A stretch of 64,000 bases of DNA from Gammaproteobacteria bacterium (GCA_965221955.1 CBDCTA010000018.1:32001-96000); one strand, 5' to 3'; counted from the first letter of the stretch, positions 51,482-62,567 are shown. Notes: generated from the letters alone by a model not told the origin. Program-made: numbers and translations.

Positions 51482-53149
51482 ATGAAATATCTTATACGCA
51501 CTCTAAGCTTTATAGCTATTTATACTCTTTCAATCATTCCATGCTGGAGTAGCACTATAAATAATAATTTATTAGTAAAAAAAAGTGATATTCCCGACCA
51601 AATTAATATCGGCTTAATATTAAATAAACAATCGAAAAAAAAAGTAAATGATTACCTCGTATTCAATATCCCACTACCTCCGGGTTTAATTAAAGATACT
51701 AATAATCTTTCTATATATAACGCATCAAATAAGTCTTTGACTTTCTACGCTGAACCTATAGTTTGGTGGAAATATTTAAACACCCTAGAAAATAACTCGA
51801 TCCGCGCCTTAAAAATATTTTTAAAAGTCGATAACTTCCACACTATTCCTGACAAGTTAGATATTAAAATTAATTTTGAGAACCCACCAGAAAATAAAAT
51901 TATTGAAAAGCCACTAAATGTAGAAGAATGGACATATTCAGAAGTTTTAATTGGAAATAAAAACACAATTAAATCAAAAAAGATTCGCGAACCAATTGTT
52001 TATTCAACCTATTCTCCTGAGTGGTTAAGCCTTTGCCTACTTCGCTCACGAACACTACCAACAAGTAAAAGCAAAAAACTTAAATGGTTTGACAAATCAT
52101 TTCTTAATTTTTCAAATACTGTCTACGATGGCATCAACAGACCTAAATCTTCCCCACAAAAATTTGATATTTCAGATTACGAACCTTGGATGTATGACTT
52201 AGCAGCAACAATCTTTAATCTATACATTAAAACAGGGGATGTTAAATGGCTCAAACAAGCACATTTGTTAACTCAAATTTATTCATCTTTCATAAATGAA
52301 AGTGGTCAATCTACCCTCAAACAGAATCTTGATTTAAAACACAGCTATAACTTATCTATGCTGATAGATTATATATTAATCGGAGATGCTTCATTAAAAG
52401 CAAAAATAGAACATGTCGCAAAATTCACTTCGAACTGGAGAGAAGATTATAAATTAAACTATGGATTCTGGACGGAAAGGCACCAAACATACTCATTACT
52501 TGGTGCATTAGTCGCCTGGGAGGCAACTGGGGAGCCCATATATGCTAAAAGAGCAGCTAAGATTGCAAAAACAACTATTCTAGAAGCAAAATCTCCCGAG
52601 AATGGCTGGGAGTCACAGGGGTGTATATTACACACTATTCGATCTCATGAGGGCGACGCTGATGATAGACCTGCTTGCAGTCCTTGGATGTCAGCCTTAC
52701 TTTCTGATGCGATGTTGAGGTATTACATTCAATCTAGAGATGAACAAGCGTTACATTTCTTATACGAACTTGCAGTATTTACGAGCAATTATGGAATTTA
52801 TGAAGTCACAAATGAGGTACATATGAAAAACATGTATGTGCCATGGTATCTGGCTTCCAAGACTGTTAAATATACTGACGATGGGCCATGGGGCGATAGA
52901 GAGCATGCGTGTGATGTATCAGGGTTATTAGCAAAAGGATTATGGGCCGGACATCAGATCAATCAAGATACAAAATCTATATCTAGAAGCTTAGAAAAAC
53001 TTTTATACACTTGTAGAAAAACATTGGATCGATACTACGTAACATCTAAAAAAAATAATTCAAAATATTGGAAAATTTATCCTGCTAGAAAATTTAATTG
53101 GTGGTTCGGATCTACATCTGATTTAACATATTTATACTTATTTAAATAA
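51482..53149 (+). CDS. Secreted hypothetical protein with a probable alpha/alpha-barrel C-terminal domain
   Basis: Signal peptide from the ATG at 51482. Helical hairpins end in YIKTGD, YILIGD and WEATGE; other motifs are EPWMYD, FWTER, SPWM and RKFNWWF. Confidence 0.65.
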   Translation: MKYLIRTLSFIAIYTLSIIPCWSSTINNNLLVKKSDIPDQINIGLILNKQSKKKVNDYLVFNIPLPPGLIKDTNNLSIYNASNKSLTFYAEPIVWWKYLNTLENNSIRALKIFLKVDNFHTIPDKLDIKINFENPPENKIIEKPLNVEEWTYSEVLIGNKNTIKSKKIREPIVYSTYSPEWLSLCLLRSRTLPTSKSKKLKWFDKSFLNFSNTVYDGINRPKSSPQKFDISDYEPWMYDLAATIFNLYIKTGDVKWLKQAHLLTQIYSSFINESGQSTLKQNLDLKHSYNLSMLIDYILIGDASLKAKIEHVAKFTSNWREDYKLNYGFWTERHQTYSLLGALVAWEATGEPIYAKRAAKIAKTTILEAKSPENGWESQGCILHTIRSHEGDADDRPACSPWMSALLSDAMLRYYIQSRDEQALHFLYELAVFTSNYGIYEVTNEVHMKNMYVPWYLASKTVKYTDDGPWGDREHACDVSGLLAKGLWAGHQINQDTKSISRSLEKLLYTCRKTLDRYYVTSKKNNSKYWKIYPARKFNWWFGSTSDLTYLYLFK

Positions 53150-53274
53150 AGTATATAGTCTCATACCTTTCCACATCCTATTGAATACCAGATTAGTAGA
53201 ACATATCTATCACAACCATCTTCTACACATTCTTCTAATATCATTATAGCTCTATAGCACACATAAACATTTGT

Positions 53275-54291
53275 TTGATGAGCAAAAAAGAATTATTTAA
53301 TAATATTTCTTCCAAATCTGGTGCAAGTTTTCTATTACGTATTTATAAGAATATGTATAAGAATGAACTTCCAATACTTGCATATCACCGCGTGATAAAC
53401 CACCAAGAAAAATTTTTTCCCAATGACATCGAATTGATTAGTTCATCTCCGAAAATGTTTGAAAAACAAATTAAATATATTTGCAGACACTACCAGCCCA
53501 TAACATTTAAAATGTTCTCAAATAACCATCATGACCCTAAATCATTTAAAAAACCTCCAATAATTATTACTTTCGATGACGGATTTTATGACAATTATAA
53601 AATTGTTTACCCTATATTGAAAAAATATGATGCTCAAGCAACTTTTTTTTTAGTCACAAATACATTAGATACAGATGAACCATTATGGTTTGATTTATTA
53701 GCATACTTAATCATGAAGACGGATAAATCTTCAATATTAATACAGGATAAAGAAATACTTCTAAGTAATGATATAAGAACAAAAAGAAAAATAATTGAAA
53801 AAATACTTCTAGATGTGAGGCAAATAGATAACAAAGATAGGTTAAAAATTGTTGAAGAGTTGAAAAAACAACTTCGATATTCTATCGACTACGCAAAAAC
53901 AACTAATTATCTAAGCTGGAATAATGTTAGAGAAATGTATAAAAATGGAATGGAATTTGGCTCACATTCTGTCTCACATCCTATTTTAGCTCAAACAAGT
54001 ACAGATCAGATAAAAAATGAATTATCTCAATCTAAAGAAAGAATCGAAGAAATGTTACAGGATGAATGTAAGACTTTTGCATATCCTGTTGGCGGGTTTG
54101 AGGAATATAATGATCATACTTTAAATATACTAAAAGAAATAAAATATTCTTATGCATGCACCTACGAGCCTGGTATCAACAAGATACCAATAAAAGATAA
54201 ATTTCAACTCCGCAGAATTCATGTAGAAAGATATAACTCATTTAATTTTTTTAAAAATAATCTCATTTCTTCTTTTTTTGGCTATAAATAA
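53275..54291 (+). CDS. Polysaccharide deacetylase (CE4/NodB)
   Basis: ILAYHRV, ITFDDGFYDN, FGSHSVSHP, FAYPVG. Confidence 0.93.
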   Translation: MMSKKELFNNISSKSGASFLLRIYKNMYKNELPILAYHRVINHQEKFFPNDIELISSSPKMFEKQIKYICRHYQPITFKMFSNNHHDPKSFKKPPIIITFDDGFYDNYKIVYPILKKYDAQATFFLVTNTLDTDEPLWFDLLAYLIMKTDKSSILIQDKEILLSNDIRTKRKIIEKILLDVRQIDNKDRLKIVEELKKQLRYSIDYAKTTNYLSWNNVREMYKNGMEFGSHSVSHPILAQTSTDQIKNELSQSKERIEEMLQDECKTFAYPVGGFEEYNDHTLNILKEIKYSYACTYEPGINKIPIKDKFQLRRIHVERYNSFNFFKNNLISSFFGYK

Positions 54292-54307
54292 ATTTTAATT
54301 CGTAAAT

Positions 54308-55843
54308 ATGAGTGAAAAGAAAAAAATACTAAAGAATACATTTTACTCTTCAATAAGTATTTATACCGAATATGTATTGGGGCTAGTTTGCTCAATAATT
54401 ATTGCTCGCACTTTAGGTGCTACAGAGTATGGTGTTTATTCGTTATTAATATGGGTTGCCGCATCTAGCATTATATTGATCAATGGTGGAATTAATACAG
54501 GGCAAATAAAGTTTTTATCTGAGTTTAATAAAAAATATGATGAAGACTATACATTAAGCGCACTGAACTACTTTCGAAAGATACAAACAGCAAAAACAAT
54601 TTTTATTCTATTAATTGGTGCATCCATTAGTGAATTTATTATAGCTAAATTCAATTTTGGCGAATATAGAACATTCTATTGGATAATACTTATTTCAGTA
54701 TTATTCAAAGGTAGATATATGTTTCATGTTTCAATCGCAAAAGGTTTTGAGCATTTTGACAAACTGTCAAAACTTAGCTTGATTGTAACGCCTATAAATT
54801 TAGTGTTTATAATTATCGCAGGCATATATATCAAAAATATTGGTATTTTTATTTATATTTACTTTTTCACTAGCATATTGTTTTACTTATTTTCCTACTT
54901 GATCATCGTAAAACCTATAGGCATTAATCGATTGAGTAATACGAATCTAAATAAAAATGATTTGTCAAGAATTAACAATTATTTAAAAATTACTAGTGTA
55001 ATTGTAATACTAAGTTATTTTGTTTCAAAAGAATTGGAATTATTTATGCTTGGATGGCTCGCTGAACCAAGTGATGCCGGTTTGTTTAGGATAGCAATGA
55101 CACTAGCAGGAAGTATAATGCTTATGGCACCAGGCGTTTTCAGTTCTGTATTACTGCCTATGATGTCTAAATCTTTAGCCGAATCTAAACAAATTGCTAA
55201 TAGAAGATTTTACGATTCAACGCGAATACTAATTATTCTAAGCATTCCAATAACAACATTTATTATTTATATTTCAAACTCATTAGTAATAGCAATTTAT
55301 GGAGAAGAATTTGCCAATGCTGGAATTGCATTGTCAATTTGCATAGTGGCTGTAACAATCGTTACTATTGCCGATAGCGCACAAAGTTATTTACTTAGTG
55401 CAGAAAAACAAAAAACAGTCTTATATATATTAATCATTGCCTTATTCTTAAAGATATCAATAGGTTATTTTTTAATTGCGAATTACCAACTCATTGGCGC
55501 TGCAGTTACATATTTAATTGCAATTTTGTTTTCATATTTATCAAGAATTTATTTAACATGTTATTATTTAAAATCTAAATTTCCTTTTTTGACATTAATA
55601 AAATCCGTTACAGTTTCATTAATCTGCTTACTACCATTAATTTTAATTGGTGAAAATTACAGTATTTATATAAATATTTTAATCTTTTCAGCAGTATATG
55701 GTATTTCTTTTACTATTTTATCTTTCGCTACTAATTTATGGTCAAAAGAAGATATATTAATGTTTATCAACTTATCTAAAAGGATCCCTGCTCAATCAAT
55801 CCAAAATTTAATTATTAGAACATTGGAAAATAACAGAAAATAA
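54308..55843 (+). CDS. Wzx-type flippase (second copy)
   Basis: IARTLG..EYGVY, AGLFRIA, VLLP, IYGEEF, IGAA; about 14 TMs. Confidence 0.9.
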   Translation: MSEKKKILKNTFYSSISIYTEYVLGLVCSIIIARTLGATEYGVYSLLIWVAASSIILINGGINTGQIKFLSEFNKKYDEDYTLSALNYFRKIQTAKTIFILLIGASISEFIIAKFNFGEYRTFYWIILISVLFKGRYMFHVSIAKGFEHFDKLSKLSLIVTPINLVFIIIAGIYIKNIGIFIYIYFFTSILFYLFSYLIIVKPIGINRLSNTNLNKNDLSRINNYLKITSVIVILSYFVSKELELFMLGWLAEPSDAGLFRIAMTLAGSIMLMAPGVFSSVLLPMMSKSLAESKQIANRRFYDSTRILIILSIPITTFIIYISNSLVIAIYGEEFANAGIALSICIVAVTIVTIADSAQSYLLSAEKQKTVLYILIIALFLKISIGYFLIANYQLIGAAVTYLIAILFSYLSRIYLTCYYLKSKFPFLTLIKSVTVSLICLLPLILIGENYSIYINILIFSAVYGISFTILSFATNLWSKEDILMFINLSKRIPAQSIQNLIIRTLENNRK

Positions 55844-55871
55844 CTTTCTGAATAACTCTATTCAATTAACA

Positions 55872-57011
55872 ATGAATGTTTTACATTTAACATATTCTTT
55901 ATCAGCTGGAGGAAGACGTAACGCTATAGTAAATTTATGCGAAGGTTTAGTTAACAAATCTGTAAATAGCTATACATGCTCCATAACGCATTTATCTGAA
56001 GAAGATTTTATAAGACTTAGCTCTTTGTCTTTTAAAGGAGTGTTTTCCATGGAATTTAATGGCCGTTATTTTTCTAACAAATCCTTATTACTATCAAAAC
56101 TTAGTAAAATATGCGAGAAAAACAACATTGACCTTATCCATACTCATGATGCAACGAGCCAAATTATTACTGCATGGATGCATAATAAAAATAAAACAAT
56201 CCCTCATGTACATACATTTCATCGATCTTTGGATATTGATACCGTCGGAATAAAAAATAAAATTAGGAATTATTATGCAAATCAACACACAAATATAATA
56301 ACTGTTGGCTCAAATGACCGAAAAAATCATTTAAAAAAATATAACTTGTTTTTAAAAAGCAATAAAATTCAACTTATTCCTTTTGGTATAGAGGTATATA
56401 AATATGCTTACTCTGATAAATACAATAAGCAGCTTAGAGACAAATTCGATATAGATTCGAACGATATAATCATTGGCTGTATCGGTCACTTTGGTAAAGA
56501 AAAAGGATTAGACATAGCTCTTAAAAGCTTTGCAACTATACATAAAGAAGCAGATATCGATAATTTAAAACTGATAATTCTTGGGAAAGGCAATACCAAG
56601 CAGACAAAATATCTTCTAGAACTCTGCAATGAGTTAAGTATAAAAAATAATGTGCTATTTCCTGGATTTGATGAACATATAGAAAAATGGTATAGCTGTT
56701 TCGATATTTTTTTACATACACCAAGAAAAGAAGCTTTTGGACTAGTAGTTATCGAAGCAATGGCTGCAAGTTTACCTGTTGTTGCTAGCCGGGTAGGCGG
56801 TATTGTAGATATCGTATCTCACAACACATCTGGCTATCTTGTGGAAAGTTGTAACCCAAATAATATTGCTGAGTACTTATTAAAACTTATCAAAAATAAA
56901 CAAGATATAAAAAAGTTTGGAGATCGTGGATATGAACTGGCTAAGACTAAATTTTCTTTGTGTAACTTTGCAAATGGGTATTACAAGCTTTACAAGTCAT
57001 TAACATATTGA
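55872..57011 (+). CDS. GT4 glycosyltransferase
   Basis: AGG, HTH, EKG, EAFGLVVIEAMA, SRVGGI. Confidence 0.93.
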   Translation: MNVLHLTYSLSAGGRRNAIVNLCEGLVNKSVNSYTCSITHLSEEDFIRLSSLSFKGVFSMEFNGRYFSNKSLLLSKLSKICEKNNIDLIHTHDATSQIITAWMHNKNKTIPHVHTFHRSLDIDTVGIKNKIRNYYANQHTNIITVGSNDRKNHLKKYNLFLKSNKIQLIPFGIEVYKYAYSDKYNKQLRDKFDIDSNDIIIGCIGHFGKEKGLDIALKSFATIHKEADIDNLKLIILGKGNTKQTKYLLELCNELSIKNNVLFPGFDEHIEKWYSCFDIFLHTPRKEAFGLVVIEAMAASLPVVASRVGGIVDIVSHNTSGYLVESCNPNNIAEYLLKLIKNKQDIKKFGDRGYELAKTKFSLCNFANGYYKLYKSLTY

Positions 57012-57016
57012 AAATT

Positions 57017-58081
57017 TTATATGGAAGTAGCATTACTTTTTTGAGGAACAATTCCATTCGGGAACTGTTCTCTTAGAATAGTAGAGGCTGATATTGGATC
57101 ATCAATTGGGTCCCATTGCTTACAGAATATTTTTTTCATAAGTCCAGCCATTTTATTTGAGATAAATATTGGCATTCCAAAAAACCTTGCTAGTAAAAAC
57201 ACTTTTCTCCTAAATGCCCAAACATACATAAAATTCTCACCGTAAAAATTATATCCCCATCTTTTTTCAAATAGTTTATGAGATTTTTTAGCTAAATCTT
57301 TATTCCACCTGAAAAAGAAATACTTCATATCAGATAAATTCATACGTGTTCCAAGATTATCAAACAAAACTACAGATTCCGGCTGTACTACTATTGACTT
57401 TTTCATAGCCCTTGTTTGCAAGCCTATATCAATGTGCTCACGCACAACCATTTGCGGAATTTCTATTTCTTGCAAATGACTAGTTAGAAACAATACGCAA
57501 TGCAACTCAAATGTATCTGTTGATTTGATTCCAACTGGAAGTTCATCAGGCAATACCCTTCTATATTTTTTATTTTCAATAAGATACTCAGTATTGTCAT
57601 GATTGAGCACTCGGATGTCACAAGTAAGCAAATGATTACGCAATGTAGCACCCTTATCTACACCTTCCCTCTCCAATATAAGGGGCGAAACAATGACATT
57701 ATCGTTATTAGCGGTTGCAATTAATGGCTTCAACCAGCCTGGTGTTACATTTGTGTCGTTATCTAATAAAACGGTGTATTTAGTTGTGATTTCTGCTCTG
57801 ATACGGTCTAATGCGGCCATAGGGGTAATTAGGCCATACGAGAAAATTCGCACATTATTTTTAGCGTTTGTTATCTTCATCGCTTTTTTGAGCTCAGATT
57901 TAGGGTAACCTAAATCTAAGATAACTAAATCAAATTCTTCCTCTGTATTCTCATATAAACCAGCTATACATATATCTAGTCGGGAATATCGGTCGCGCGG
58001 GGTAATTATTATCGTCACTTCATTCATAGGTGTGTAAGGTATTGATTTAGACAATGACGCAATTATATCCTGATGAAACAT
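57017..58081 (-). CDS. GT2 glycosyltransferase
   Basis: TIIITPRD, LLDND (DxD), PGWLKPL, EHID. The true start is probably downstream (MNEVT). Confidence 0.8.
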   Translation of the reverse strand: MFHQDIIASLSKSIPYTPMNEVTIIITPRDRYSRLDICIAGLYENTEEEFDLVILDLGYPKSELKKAMKITNAKNNVRIFSYGLITPMAALDRIRAEITTKYTVLLDNDTNVTPGWLKPLIATANNDNVIVSPLILEREGVDKGATLRNHLLTCDIRVLNHDNTEYLIENKKYRRVLPDELPVGIKSTDTFELHCVLFLTSHLQEIEIPQMVVREHIDIGLQTRAMKKSIVVQPESVVLFDNLGTRMNLSDMKYFFFRWNKDLAKKSHKLFEKRWGYNFYGENFMYVWAFRRKVFLLARFFGMPIFISNKMAGLMKKIFCKQWDPIDDPISASTILREQFPNGIVPQKSNATSI

Positions 58082-58150
58082 CTAGAAACATGAGATAGGT
58101 CAGATAATTGCAAGATTATATATCGTTAACCTTTGTTAAATTAAACAAAT

Positions 58151-60166
58151 ATGACAATAAAAATAGGACTGGTTGGGGCAGGATATATCTGCGAATATCA
58201 CGTTAAAGCCATTGTAGCGAACCCTTCATTAAAATTGATAGGTGTAACCGATCTAGATTTCAATAAAGCTAAACTAATAGCTGACCAATACAATTGTCGT
58301 GCTTTTCAAACCTTAGAGGAAATGATCAGTAGTGGCGCTAAGTCTATACACGTTTTAACTCCTCCCAATTCACACATTGAGGTAGCAACTGAGGCAATGA
58401 AACTTGGTTGTGATGTATTAATCGAAAAACCCCTTTCCGAAAACCCTGAAGCCTGTAAATCATTAAATGATTTAGCAAAACAACTTGGTAAAAATGTGTG
58501 CGTGAATCACTCATTGTTATTTGACCCACAGATTATCAAAGCTAAAGAAGCCATAGATTCTGGAAAGATAGGTGACGTCATTTCCATAGACATACTAAGA
58601 AGCTCGGTCTATCCGACTTACTCAGGCGGAACATTACCTCCCCATTACAGAGACGGGGGGTATCCATTCAGAGATTTAGGAATTCACTGCTTATATCTGC
58701 TTGAACATTTCTTAGGAAGTATTATTGATGTGGATGCAAAGTGGCAATCTCTTGGAGGCGATAAAAACCTAGCTTTTGACGAATGGAGCGCCATGGTTGA
58801 ATGTGAAAACGGAATTGGAAAATTTCAACTAAGCTGGAATGTAAAGCCACTACAAAATTTAATGATCATTCAAGGTACGAAAGGAATTTTAAGAGTTGAC
58901 TCATTTTTAATGTTCAACTCCTCAAAAAAAGCATTGCCAGCTCCTAAAGTAGTCGAACGGATCGTGAACAACTATACGGATTCTTTACGACCAATATTCG
59001 AAATGCCGGTTAATGTGGTGAAATTCGCCACAGGTAAAATTGTCCCATATCAAGGGCTTACTAATTTAATAAATGAATTTTACTCTGCATTAGAGCACAA
59101 CACTCAAGTTCCTGTATCTATTGAACAAGCCATACCTTCAGTATATTGGGTTGAACATATTGCTAAACAAGCAGATCAAGAAGCTCTCGAATTTAAAAAA
59201 CGGTCAAGGAATTTACCCCCAGCAGATATACTTGTAACAGGTGGCACTGGTGGACTTGGCAGCAACATTGTACGGCATTTAATAAATGCCGGATATACTG
59301 TACGCGTTTTAGCGCGTTCATTACCAAAAACCACTATTGAAAATGTTCAATACATAACCGGTAGTTTGGGCAATCCTGAAATTGTTAACGATGCAGTTAA
59401 AGATGTGCGTTATATCATCCATGCTGGTGCAGCAATGCAAGGAGATGAAAATGAACATATATGCAGTACAGAAGTTGGAACAAAAAATATTATTACAGCG
59501 GCAAATAAATTTAATATTAAAAAAATAGTACACATCAGCTCTTTATCTGTTATTGACTGGGCTGGAAATGATATGCACAACGTCGATGAGACTGCCGATT
59601 ACGAACCCAACCCAACAGCAAGAGGCTATTACACTCAATACAAACTTAAAGCAGAACAACTAGTCTTAGATGCGGCTGAAAATGAACAAATAAATGCTGT
59701 AATTTTAAGACCGGGACAAATTTTTGGAGAAAAACTACCTTTAGTTACTGGCGCTGTCGCCCGTCAAGTCGGTAATAAGATGCTAGTTTTTGGAGATGGC
59801 GAAATACAATTACCTTTAATCTATATTGATGACGTTTCAGATGCAGTGCTCGCCGCAATAAATGAAAATTTACCCAATGGCGAAATCATACATTTAACCG
59901 ATTCTGCCACATACACCCAAAATCAAGTATTACAATTGACCCGCCCAGATAAAAAAATCATACGAATTCCCAGGAAACTTATGTTTATAATGGGAGGGTT
60001 CAGTGAAAAAATATTTAAGCTTTTAAAAAGACAGTCTCCTTTTTCTCGCTACCGCCTGGAATCTGCAATGCCTAGAATATCTTTCAAAAGTGATAAAGCA
60101 AAAATTAAATTAGAGTGGTCTCCAAAAATAGGTGTTGAAAACGGTATAAAGTTGAGCTCTAAATAA
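58151..60166 (+). CDS. Fusion of a Gfo/Idh/MocA oxidoreductase and an NAD-dependent epimerase/dehydratase
   Basis: N-half: GAG, TPP..H, IEKP, DLGIH. C-half: VTGGTGGLG, HISS, YTQYK, LRPG. Confidence 0.88.
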   Translation: MTIKIGLVGAGYICEYHVKAIVANPSLKLIGVTDLDFNKAKLIADQYNCRAFQTLEEMISSGAKSIHVLTPPNSHIEVATEAMKLGCDVLIEKPLSENPEACKSLNDLAKQLGKNVCVNHSLLFDPQIIKAKEAIDSGKIGDVISIDILRSSVYPTYSGGTLPPHYRDGGYPFRDLGIHCLYLLEHFLGSIIDVDAKWQSLGGDKNLAFDEWSAMVECENGIGKFQLSWNVKPLQNLMIIQGTKGILRVDSFLMFNSSKKALPAPKVVERIVNNYTDSLRPIFEMPVNVVKFATGKIVPYQGLTNLINEFYSALEHNTQVPVSIEQAIPSVYWVEHIAKQADQEALEFKKRSRNLPPADILVTGGTGGLGSNIVRHLINAGYTVRVLARSLPKTTIENVQYITGSLGNPEIVNDAVKDVRYIIHAGAAMQGDENEHICSTEVGTKNIITAANKFNIKKIVHISSLSVIDWAGNDMHNVDETADYEPNPTARGYYTQYKLKAEQLVLDAAENEQINAVILRPGQIFGEKLPLVTGAVARQVGNKMLVFGDGEIQLPLIYIDDVSDAVLAAINENLPNGEIIHLTDSATYTQNQVLQLTRPDKKIIRIPRKLMFIMGGFSEKIFKLLKRQSPFSRYRLESAMPRISFKSDKAKIKLEWSPKIGVENGIKLSSK

Positions 60167-60170
60167 TAGC

Positions 60171-61322
60171 TTAAGCTACTTTCGTAACTTTTACTTTTTC
60201 AACTTGCATCAAGACCTCATTAACACGATTCTCCCATGTTAATCCCTCGACATAATTAACACGTTTTACCGCTTTATCTATTGAATCTGTATCAATCGCC
60301 TGCTTTATATATTCAATAAACTCCTCGTCTGTCTCAGCAATATATACAATATCATTAAATCCTAAAATTTCTGGAAATGATACAGAAACTACGGGTTTGC
60401 CTGTTGCCAGATACTCTTTTAATTTAATTGGATTGCAGTTGTATATTTGGTCGTTGTCAACATATGGCAATATGCAAACATCAAAGCATGCAGCATAATT
60501 AGGCAATTGCGAAAAAGATTTCTTTCCTAGAAAGTACACATTACTTAACTCATCAAGACTTTTAGTATCAACAGCCACATGCCCAATCAGTACCACATTC
60601 ATATTCGAATATCGCTCACTTATTTTTTGAATCAGCGATAAGTCAATCCAAGATTCAATCAGGCCGAAAAAACCTATGATAGGTTTTTTTATGCATGCGA
60701 TATCTTTAGGCCTGCTCAGTTTATCAGTATATGCTTTGTTGAAATGTTGAAAGTCGACTCCGTGTGGACTGTAATACACATTTTTGTTAATTTTATTCTT
60801 TTCATCTGTCAGTGACTTTGATGCTGTAAATACTATGTCGGCGCCAATAGCAAGTTCATAATCCATTTTATTTACAGCTTTATGATTAACATCTGGTAAA
60901 GCACTATAATCATCAATGCAATAATACACTGTTTTAGATTCATTCAATTTTCCTATAAGATGTCCTGCATGAGGTACAACAAACCATAATATTGGAGACT
61001 TAAATCCAAGATCATTACTTACACATTTCAGAAAATAGGTTGAAATTAACGTATTAAACTTTTTAATTACTTTATTCCCATGAAAAGGTATTTGAACAAG
61101 TGTATAGACTGATAAATTATTTGAGATCCTTATAGGTTTTTTAAAAAACAAAGCTAATTTTTTAAAAATTTTTGAGATATCACGTTTGTTACCCTTAGGA
61201 GCACGTAAGCCGGGGCATTCCACATATAAAATCTCGTGCTTCTGACTTAGACAATTTGCAATATGATGACTACTTGTGCGATTTTCTGCTGACCAGTCAT
61301 TTCCAAAATAAATAATCTGCAT
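60171..61322 (-). CDS. GT4-type glycosyltransferase (TuaH-like)
   Basis: NDW...TSSHH, YYCIDD, HGVD, GFFG, NPIKLKEYLATGKPVV. Confidence 0.9.
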   Translation of the reverse strand: MQIIYFGNDWSAENRTSSHHIANCLSQKHEILYVECPGLRAPKGNKRDISKIFKKLALFFKKPIRISNNLSVYTLVQIPFHGNKVIKKFNTLISTYFLKCVSNDLGFKSPILWFVVPHAGHLIGKLNESKTVYYCIDDYSALPDVNHKAVNKMDYELAIGADIVFTASKSLTDEKNKINKNVYYSPHGVDFQHFNKAYTDKLSRPKDIACIKKPIIGFFGLIESWIDLSLIQKISERYSNMNVVLIGHVAVDTKSLDELSNVYFLGKKSFSQLPNYAACFDVCILPYVDNDQIYNCNPIKLKEYLATGKPVVSVSFPEILGFNDIVYIAETDEEFIEYIKQAIDTDSIDKAVKRVNYVEGLTWENRVNEVLMQVEKVKVTKVA

Positions 61323-61361
61323 ATATTTAGTGGTTTTATAAATTGACTTAAACTCTTTTAA

Positions 61362-62534
61362 TTATCTTTCAATTTGTTGCAAACTATTTAGAAGCATTTC
61401 AGCTGTATTCTTCCATGACCTATTTTTTTTGCTAGATTCAAACATCTTAATATCCCAACGCTTATGTAATGCTTCACCAATTTTTTCCTTTAATTCATCA
61501 ATATCATCAGGCCGAAAAAGCAGTCCAGTTACCTCCTCTTCAATAACTTCCGGCACTCCTCCCACATTGGATGCAACAACAGGTGTACTACATGCAAGTG
61601 CTTCTAATACGACATTGGGCATTCCTTCATTGAAACTAGGAAGAACAAGTATATCTGCAGCATTTAGCCACAAAGGTATATTTTTGTGTTCAACTGCTCC
61701 ATGGAGCACAACACATTCACCCAAATCATGCTGAATAATTTCTCGCTGCAAGTCCGTACGCAAAGGACCATCTCCAACAAAATGCAATTTAATATTTAGA
61801 TCAGTCTCTTTCATGAATAGCGAAAACGCTTGTAATAATGCTAATGGATTTTTTTCAGGCTTCAGATTACCTATATATACTATATTTTTTTCTCCAAAAT
61901 ACTTTAGACCAAGATTTATTTTTGCATCTTTAATGCAAATAGGATAGAAAATATCTGGATTTACACCATTCTGTATGACGACAATATTGTCTTTATTTAC
62001 CCTAAATTCAATTTGCATGGTGTTCGACAAGTCATGACTAACAGAAATTATTTTACTCGCACTATTAAGCGCCCAGCTTGTCATAAACTTTCGACATCCT
62101 CCTCGTACACTATGGATATCAGAACCATGCACTTTCACAACAACTGGCAGCCTAAATACTTTTCCTAATAAAATTGTCGCAAATCCATCTGGATAGGCCC
62201 ATGTTCCCAATAAAATATTCGGTCTTTCTTTATAAATCAGGAATGAGGCACAAAAAAATATAGAGATAAAATAAAAAAAGCCATACATACATCGCATAAC
62301 TTTAGGTGTATAGAAATATGTTGGATAATAAACACTTATCTCAGAACCCTTTATTGAAAATATATTAATATTCCTTTCAGAAAATACTTTTTTAATTTTT
62401 GTAAGCCATGATATTGGCGCTATAACAAAAATTTTACATAGGCGGGATAATTCTAAAATTTGTTGATAATTAAAAGTGGCACGGTTTGATTCCATTTGAT
62501 TTGGAAACAAATTTGTTATGATTAAAATCCTCAC
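61362..62534 (-). CDS. GT4 glycosyltransferase (TuaC-like)
   Basis: NLFP, AYPDG, HGSD, NGV, EGMPNVVLEALA. Confidence 0.92.
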   Translation of the reverse strand: MRILIITNLFPNQMESNRATFNYQQILELSRLCKIFVIAPISWLTKIKKVFSERNINIFSIKGSEISVYYPTYFYTPKVMRCMYGFFYFISIFFCASFLIYKERPNILLGTWAYPDGFATILLGKVFRLPVVVKVHGSDIHSVRGGCRKFMTSWALNSASKIISVSHDLSNTMQIEFRVNKDNIVVIQNGVNPDIFYPICIKDAKINLGLKYFGEKNIVYIGNLKPEKNPLALLQAFSLFMKETDLNIKLHFVGDGPLRTDLQREIIQHDLGECVVLHGAVEHKNIPLWLNAADILVLPSFNEGMPNVVLEALACSTPVVASNVGGVPEVIEEEVTGLLFRPDDIDELKEKIGEALHKRWDIKMFESSKKNRSWKNTAEMLLNSLQQIER

Positions 62535-62567
62535 AGGGACAATAAATAATATATGTAAATCAATGAG

